A stretch of 32,528 bases of DNA, taken from positions 1-32,528 of the forward strand of contig JBBRPR010000085.1 of the NCBI GenBank assembly GCA_038227875.1, in the 5' to 3' direction. A model generated the notes under the pieces. That model saw nothing but the letters and a program-made list of their open reading frames with translations, searched no databases and was not told the DNA's origin. Shown here in pieces: positions 27,125-32,528 of this stretch. The DNA is from Planctomycetota bacterium. Its GTDB lineage: Bacteria > Planctomycetota > SZUA-567 > H5-PLA8. The position numbers and the translations under genes were made by a program. The number at the start of each line of letters is the position of its first letter. Position 1 is the first letter of the stretch.

Positions 27125-28771
27125 ATGAGTGCTGGATCGGACCCTGGACTGCCACTGCCCTCACACGGCATCAAAGTTCTCCTGGTGGACGATCAGGCGA
27201 TGATTGGCGAAGTCGTCCGCCGCATGCTAGCCAATGAACAGGGCATCGCGTTCCATTATTGCAACGATCCGGCGAAGGCTGTCGGCCTGGCCATGCAAAT
27301 TGAGCCGACGGTGCTGCTGGTCGATCTGATGATGCCGGAGATCGACGGTCTGACGCTGGTTCGTTACATCCGTGCCAATCCTTCGCTGCGCGATATTCCC
27401 ATAATTGTGTTGTCCACAACGGAAGATCCGCAGGTAAAGGCCGACGCGTTTACCAAGGGCGCCAACGACTACATCGTGAAGCTGCCCGATCGGCTCGAAC
27501 TGCTGGCGCGCATCCGCCACCATTCGCAGGGTTACATCAACTTACTGGACAAGAATGCCGCGTTCAGGGCGCTGCAGGAAAGCCAGAAAGCGTTGGAGCA
27601 GGCGAAGGAGACGGCTGAGGCCGCGACGCGGGCCAAATCCGACTTTTTAGCCTGCATGAGCCACGATATCCGCACGCCCATGAACGCGATCATCGGCATG
27701 TCCGACATTCTGTCGGAGTCTGAATTGAACAGCGAGCAGAAGCATTTTGTCCGCATCCTCCGTTCGGCCGGCGAAACGCTGCTGAATCTGATCAACGACA
27801 TCCTCGATTTTTCAAAGATCGAAGCCGGCCAACTGCGGCTGGAGAGCATCGGTTTCCGGCTGCGCGAATTGGTCTCGGACACCGTTGAGATCGCCAGCAT
27901 TCGGGCCAAAGAAAAAGGTCTGGCCATCCGCACCGACATCTCCCCGGATGTGCCCGATGCAATTCTCGGCGACCCGACGCGCTTGAGGCAGATTCTGATC
28001 AACCTCATCGGCAACGCGACCAAGTTCACGGACAAGGGCGAGGTGTCCGTTTGCGTCGTCTGCGAAAACAACTCTGCCGATTCTGTGGCGCTGCGCTTTT
28101 CAGTGACGGATACCGGCATTGGCATCCCCGTCGAAAAACAAGCCGCGCTCTTTCAGAAATTCATGCAGGTGGACTCCACTACGACTCGCAAGTACGGAGG
28201 CACCGGGTTGGGACTGGCGATCTGTCGCCAACTGGTCGAAATGATGGGCGGCAGAATCTGGGTCGAAAGCGTGGCGGGGAAGGGCAGTACATTTCATTTC
28301 ACCTTGCCAACGACGCGCGACCAGGCAAGTGTTCCTGCGACGCAATTGCCGCCCGCGAAAAAGGAAAGCACGGATGCAGTGCCCGCAGTCCCCATGCATA
28401 TACTGCTCGCAGATGATTCGCCGGAGAACCGGTTGCTGATTTTAACGTACCTGAAGAAAACTCCACACTCCGTTGAGCCCTGCGAAAATGGAAAGGTGGC
28501 CTTGGAGCTCTTCAAGACCCGCGCGTGGGACCTCGTTCTGATGGATATGCAGATGCCCGAAATGGACGGCTACTCCGCCACCCGTGAAATTCGGAAATGG
28601 GAAAACGAGCGCGGACAGAAGCCAACCCCTATCATTGCCCTGACGGCCAATGCTCTCGCTGAAGATGAAGGAAAAAGCCAGGAAGCCGGATGCACCGGCC
28701 ACGCCACCAAACCGATCCGGAAAGCAACGCTTTTGGATATCATTGCGCAACATCCGCCACCAAAGTCTTAG
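27125..28771 (+). CDS. Cytoplasmic hybrid histidine kinase REC-HisKA-HATPase-REC with a WspR-like N-terminal receiver
   Basis: '[43 protein letters not shown]' is WspR-like. H-box 'SHDIRTPMN', '[10 protein letters not shown]', 'DTGIG', 'GGTGLGLAI' and REC2 'LMDMQMP'. GAGGAG RBS precedes ATG 27125. Confidence 0.93.
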   Translation: MSAGSDPGLPLPSHGIKVLLVDDQAMIGEVVRRMLANEQGIAFHYCNDPAKAVGLAMQIEPTVLLVDLMMPEIDGLTLVRYIRANPSLRDIPIIVLSTTEDPQVKADAFTKGANDYIVKLPDRLELLARIRHHSQGYINLLDKNAAFRALQESQKALEQAKETAEAATRAKSDFLACMSHDIRTPMNAIIGMSDILSESELNSEQKHFVRILRSAGETLLNLINDILDFSKIEAGQLRLESIGFRLRELVSDTVEIASIRAKEKGLAIRTDISPDVPDAILGDPTRLRQILINLIGNATKFTDKGEVSVCVVCENNSADSVALRFSVTDTGIGIPVEKQAALFQKFMQVDSTTTRKYGGTGLGLAICRQLVEMMGGRIWVESVAGKGSTFHFTLPTTRDQASVPATQLPPAKKESTDAVPAVPMHILLADDSPENRLLILTYLKKTPHSVEPCENGKVALELFKTRAWDLVLMDMQMPEMDGYSATREIRKWENERGQKPTPIIALTANALAEDEGKSQEAGCTGHATKPIRKATLLDIIAQHPPPKS

Positions 28772-28856
28772 TTGGGCATATGTTTTGTGACGAAAATTGT
28801 ATTTTTGGAATGAGTTCCCATTCGCAACATATAGACCGTACACGAGGACTGGCGGG

Positions 28857-29969
28857 ATGAAAAAAATACTCATCGTTGAAGACGAACCCGTCATTGCGAC
28901 GATATACCGTAACAAGTTTGTCCGCGCCGGTTTCGCCGTAGAAGTGGCCGTGGATGGTGCCGAGGGACTTCAAAAAATTGCTTCCTGGCAACCAGATCTT
29001 GTTCTTCTCGATATTATGCTTCCGCGCATCAATGGACTGGAACTGCTCAGAAAGATTCGCTCAGATGAAGCAACCTGCTCGATGCCGGTCATCGTCTACT
29101 CAAACTCGTTCACGGCAACTATTGCCGATGAGGCCCGCAGCTTGGGCGCTTCGCAAATGTTGTCCAAGTCCGATACCCGGCCGAATCAGGTGATCGAATA
29201 TGCATCAGCCTTACTGGAGCTAAATACGACGGCAGCGGATCCTCAGCCTCAGCCCGAACGAGACCGCGAGATCTGTCTGACTCAGGCACGCTCGACCGTC
29301 AGAGAAATGCGCGAGATGCTGCGCGCCTGTCTGCAGCAGAACGACTCGGCCATGCTTTCCGACCTGCGCCAGAAGACGCGATTGCTCAGCACTATGGCCT
29401 GGCAAGCGGACGTCCACCGCGTTGCGCGCCTGGCCGAAGGCTTGGAGGCGCTGCTGAGAACGCTGTGCGAGCATCCCAAATATATTACGTTTTCCACCGA
29501 CAAGTCCATTCTTCAAACGGTCATCTGTCTCGGCGAATTGATGAACTCCGTTGAGGAAGCCAGCATCCCAATCGTCGCTCCCTCAATACTGATTGTCGAC
29601 GACCAGGAAATTGCCCTTCACGCCGCTCAATTTGCGTTGAATCACGCCCGCCTGCCGTCGACGGGAATCTTGGATTCCGAGTCGGCTGCGCGCGTGCTTG
29701 AAAACTCCTGGTTCGATCTGGTCCTGCTCGATATCGACATGCCCGTCATCGACGGCATGGCGCTGTGCGCTTACATGCGCACGCTTCCCCACCACAAGGA
29801 CACGCCCGTCGTTTTCTTCAGCCAACTTTCCGAGATCGCGCACCGGATTGGATCGTCGGCCGCGGGCGGCAACGATTTTATTGGCAAGCCGTTTTTGTCG
29901 ATCGAACTGACCGTCAAGGCGCTCACGTGGATCGTCAAACCGCGCGGGCCGGTGCTCAGCTCCGTATAG
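28857..29969 (+). CDS. Dual-receiver response regulator (REC, Hpt-like helical bundle, REC)
   Basis: REC1 'KKILIVEDE..LLDIMLP', central helical region 'VARLAEGLEALL', REC2 'ILIVDDQ..LLDIDMP..FIGKP'. No output domain. Confidence 0.88.
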   Translation: MKKILIVEDEPVIATIYRNKFVRAGFAVEVAVDGAEGLQKIASWQPDLVLLDIMLPRINGLELLRKIRSDEATCSMPVIVYSNSFTATIADEARSLGASQMLSKSDTRPNQVIEYASALLELNTTAADPQPQPERDREICLTQARSTVREMREMLRACLQQNDSAMLSDLRQKTRLLSTMAWQADVHRVARLAEGLEALLRTLCEHPKYITFSTDKSILQTVICLGELMNSVEEASIPIVAPSILIVDDQEIALHAAQFALNHARLPSTGILDSESAARVLENSWFDLVLLDIDMPVIDGMALCAYMRTLPHHKDTPVVFFSQLSEIAHRIGSSAAGGNDFIGKPFLSIELTVKALTWIVKPRGPVLSSV

Positions 29970-29980
29970 AAAGGTGAATC

Positions 29981-30358
29981 ATGTCTGAAAACGCAGCTAA
30001 AGATCAGCTCCCGGGCGGAGAAGTGCTCGTGGATTTCGAATGGCTGCGTGAATGCACGGATAACGATACCGATGCGATCAAGAGTCTGCTCGATTTGTAC
30101 TTCGATCGGACGGCCAAGCTTCTGGGTGAACTCGACGTGGCCATCGCCAGCGGCAGGGCGGAGGAGGTGCGCCGGCTCGGGCACGCCTGCTCTGGAACCA
30201 GCGGTACCTGCGGAATGGTCAAGCTCGCGCCGCTGTTCAAGGAACTGGAAAGAATCGGAGCCACCGGAACTGTTGATGGCGCTGCCGCAATTGCCACGGC
30301 AGTGCGCAGTGAATTTAGCCAGGCCAAGTCATTCGCGGACGGAACGGTGCTGGGGTGA
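29981..30358 (+). CDS. Stand-alone Hpt phosphotransfer protein
   Basis: 'VDFEWLRE..LLDLYF..L..AI..EEVRRLGHACSGTSGTCGMVKLA..LE' retains the conserved His. Confidence 0.88.
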   Translation: MSENAAKDQLPGGEVLVDFEWLRECTDNDTDAIKSLLDLYFDRTAKLLGELDVAIASGRAEEVRRLGHACSGTSGTCGMVKLAPLFKELERIGATGTVDGAAAIATAVRSEFSQAKSFADGTVLG

Positions 30359-31488
30359 AGACAAATTCCCTCGACGGGCTTTCGGCGTTTGGCAGCGCAC
30401 TCACCGGAGCGGAACGGCTGCTCCGTGCCCGCCCCGATGATGCCGAGGCCACGATTCGCCGCATCGCCCGGGTCATGCTCGGCGCCGATTACGTTCAGGA
30501 CATTCCCGATCTTCATTCCACGTGTCAGGCCGTGCTGGATTCTCCGTCGTCAGAACTATCCCAGTGGGTGGTCGCGCTGAAATCCATTGTAAACCGGCAT
30601 TGCAGCACACTGCCGGCGGAGCGCGTCGTCATTTTGATTGTGGACGACGATCCGGTCATGGCCCAGTTGCTTAGCCTGAGATTGCGCTCTCCCACGCGCG
30701 AAATCCTGGTGGCAACAACAGCCGCGCAGGCGCTGGAGCTGGTTGAGCGTCGTCTGATTTCTCTGGTGTTGCTCGATCTCGGTCTCCCCGACCGTGACGG
30801 GCGCGACGTGCTGGCTGAGATCCGCCTGAAGACCGCGAGTCTGGCCATTCCAATATTGATCCTGTCCGCGACCGAGGACGACCACGTCAAAATGGAATGC
30901 TATGCGCTGGGCGCAGACGCTTATTTCGAAAAGCCGATCAAGATCGAACTCCTGCTTACGGTCGTCTCCGTAAAATTGCAGCGCATCGCTGAAATCGGAC
31001 GAAAGCTGCGCCACGATCCGCTCACCGGCGCATTGAACCGTCTTTCGTTCACGGAACTCTTCACCCATTACGCCGCACTCACCGCGCGAACCAAGGGCGA
31101 TCTGTCGCTGGCAATGCTCGACTTGGATCACTTCAAGTCGGTCAACGATACATATGGGCACGCCAAAGGCGATGAAGTGCTTTGCAGCACCTCGTTCGTG
31201 CTGGAACGATCGTTGCGGAAATCAGACTCGTTCGGGCGCTGGGGCGGCGAAGAATTTGTGGTCCTGCTTCCGGGCTCCGATGTCGCCGGCGCAACCCGGG
31301 CTTTGCAAAATGCTCTGGATGCCCTGCGCCTGGTCGAATTCACCGCCGCCGAGCGCAAATTCAACGTTTCATTTTCAGCCGGCATCGCACCCGTTGCGTC
31401 CGGAGACACGCTGGCCGAAGCCGCCGCTGCTGCTGATGCCAAACTCTACACCGCCAAAGCTCAGGGCCGAAATTGCATTGTGTCGTGA
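30355..31488 (+). CDS. Response-regulator diguanylate cyclase (REC-GGDEF) with a degenerate Hpt-like N-terminus
   Basis: REC 'IVDDD..LLDLGLP..FEKP'. GGDEF 'DPLTGALNR', 'DLDHFKSVNDTYGHAKGD', I-site RKSD and active site GGEEF. GTG start overlaps the Hpt stop. Confidence 0.92.
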   Translation: MKTNSLDGLSAFGSALTGAERLLRARPDDAEATIRRIARVMLGADYVQDIPDLHSTCQAVLDSPSSELSQWVVALKSIVNRHCSTLPAERVVILIVDDDPVMAQLLSLRLRSPTREILVATTAAQALELVERRLISLVLLDLGLPDRDGRDVLAEIRLKTASLAIPILILSATEDDHVKMECYALGADAYFEKPIKIELLLTVVSVKLQRIAEIGRKLRHDPLTGALNRLSFTELFTHYAALTARTKGDLSLAMLDLDHFKSVNDTYGHAKGDEVLCSTSFVLERSLRKSDSFGRWGGEEFVVLLPGSDVAGATRALQNALDALRLVEFTAAERKFNVSFSAGIAPVASGDTLAEAAAAADAKLYTAKAQGRNCIVS

Positions 31489-31712
31489 ACGCGCAAAGAT
31501 TCAAAACGCACGCGTTGGAAAACGGTTCGTGGGCGGAGTGACCTGGGAACGAATTCATTCCCAGGTATTCCACAGGTACAACTCTACCATTAGTAGTGGT
31601 CAGGCAAATTTGCCTGAGGGTCCTCGTTCAAATTCGCGCTCTCGTCTGAGCACAGACTCGGTCAAATATCAGAGAACGGCACGTCACTTTCGCCCTCGCA
31701 TCGTTCCAACCC

Positions 31713-32033
31713 GTGAAGCTTGCGGAGTTCTATCGCAGTATTTTTGGTTTGGATATGCGTGAGAAAAAAATGGGCACCTCCACGCACTACATTGGACGGC
31801 TCAGCAACCTCAATCTCATCATTGTACCCGGAGAAGAAGCAGGCCTCGAGCCCGGCGCAAAAGGAACGCACCTGATCGAAGTCAAGATAGCGGACTTTGA
31901 TCGATTCATCACGCATGCGCGTTCGTGTGGACTGTCAGACATTAGTCCGATGGAAATGGACGGCGTTAAACAGGCCTTTTTCTCCGATCCCGATGGCAAT
32001 CCGTGGATGGTCTTCAATAAAGAGTCGAAATGA
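31713..32033 (+). CDS. VOC/glyoxalase family protein (start uncertain)
   Basis: 'LAEFYRSIFG', 'IEVKIADFD' and 'AFFSDPDGNPW'. VOC-like sequence appears to extend upstream of the GTG. Confidence 0.72.
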   Translation: MKLAEFYRSIFGLDMREKKMGTSTHYIGRLSNLNLIIVPGEEAGLEPGAKGTHLIEVKIADFDRFITHARSCGLSDISPMEMDGVKQAFFSDPDGNPWMVFNKESK

Positions 32034-32118
32034 TTCTGGTTCGCGGCTTTGTTCTGGTAATTCGCCCATGGATTGCGCCGTCAATAGGCGCGAAATGCAT
32101 TTAAGGAGTAACCTGCCT

Positions 32119-32418
32119 GTGATCTCTAAATCTGTCCTGGCTTGCGTTCTGATTGCGGTCGGTTGCTGCACGGGCTCGAACGTCGCGGCAACCGATGTTG
32201 AACTCTACGAAACATGGGTCGATTCCGCCCGAATTGGAGATTGGGCCGTCATTAGAAAAGGAACTCAAGAGCCATATCGAATGGAAGTTAAGGAGATCAA
32301 CGACAAGTTCGTCGTCTGCGAATTAGCCGGAAATTTGCGAGGCAAGGAATACGTTTCGCGTTGGAACTTTCGACGCAAGCCCACAGATGTAAACGTCGGT
32401 CGAAAAGCGCGGCGGTGA
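32119..32418 (+). CDS. Small hypothetical secreted protein (possibly truncated)
   Basis: AAGGAG at 32103 precedes GTG 32119. Signal-like 'SKSVLACVLIAVGCC..VAA', then 'SARIGDWAVIR..RMEVKEINDKFVV'. Confidence 0.45.
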   Translation: MISKSVLACVLIAVGCCTGSNVAATDVELYETWVDSARIGDWAVIRKGTQEPYRMEVKEINDKFVVCELAGNLRGKEYVSRWNFRRKPTDVNVGRKARR

Positions 32419-32528
32419 GCGGCGGTTGAAAACTGCGGCACCCAGATAGACCCTGAGCGACTCTGCACAATGAAGTGCGAGAGGCGTGGGAGGGTCAGAA
32501 GGGTGTACCGCGATATGGAGCAGTGGAA

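Noticed and set aside
32419..32440. GCGGTTGAAAAC as a third copy of the MITE end
   Set aside because: Only the GTTGAAAA core matches, and no partner inverted end lies within the window.

Overview
This is a GC-rich bacterial chromosomal segment. The ECF sigma factor with a transmembrane extension and the PKD-type surface protein suggest Planctomycetota or a relative (inference only). In order it carries: (1) a 5'-truncated large repetitive surface protein with alternating 184/180-aa repeats, then Ig/cadherin-like, PKD and unrecognised C-terminal domains; (2) a GH51 arabinofuranosidase, a single-domain response regulator, wecB and a Nudix hydrolase; (3) an ECF sigma factor fused through one TM helix to an extracytoplasmic jelly-roll plus PQQ-type beta-propeller; (4) a secreted protein with a degenerate thioredoxin-like domain, a CxxC and an FMN-attachment (SGAT) motif; (5) a minus-strand operon of Tat-exported hemerythrin, FAD oxidoreductase, DUF1365, cfa-like methyltransferase, DUF1295 and a peroxiredoxin-like protein, resembling furan-fatty-acid and Rv0449c-0446c clusters, with two related miniature inverted-repeat elements (98 bp and 28 bp, each with its own 4-bp direct repeat) in its gene gaps; (6) a Wsp-type chemosensory operon that lacks wspB and has a HAMP-less MCP. 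The WspR position holds a WspR-like-REC hybrid kinase, followed by REC-pseudoHpt-REC, Hpt and REC-GGDEF genes, consistent with Wsp output rewired through a phosphorelay; (7) a VOC protein and a small putative secreted protein. No rRNA, tRNA, CRISPR array or transposase was seen. All calls come from reading motifs by eye; no database searches were run.
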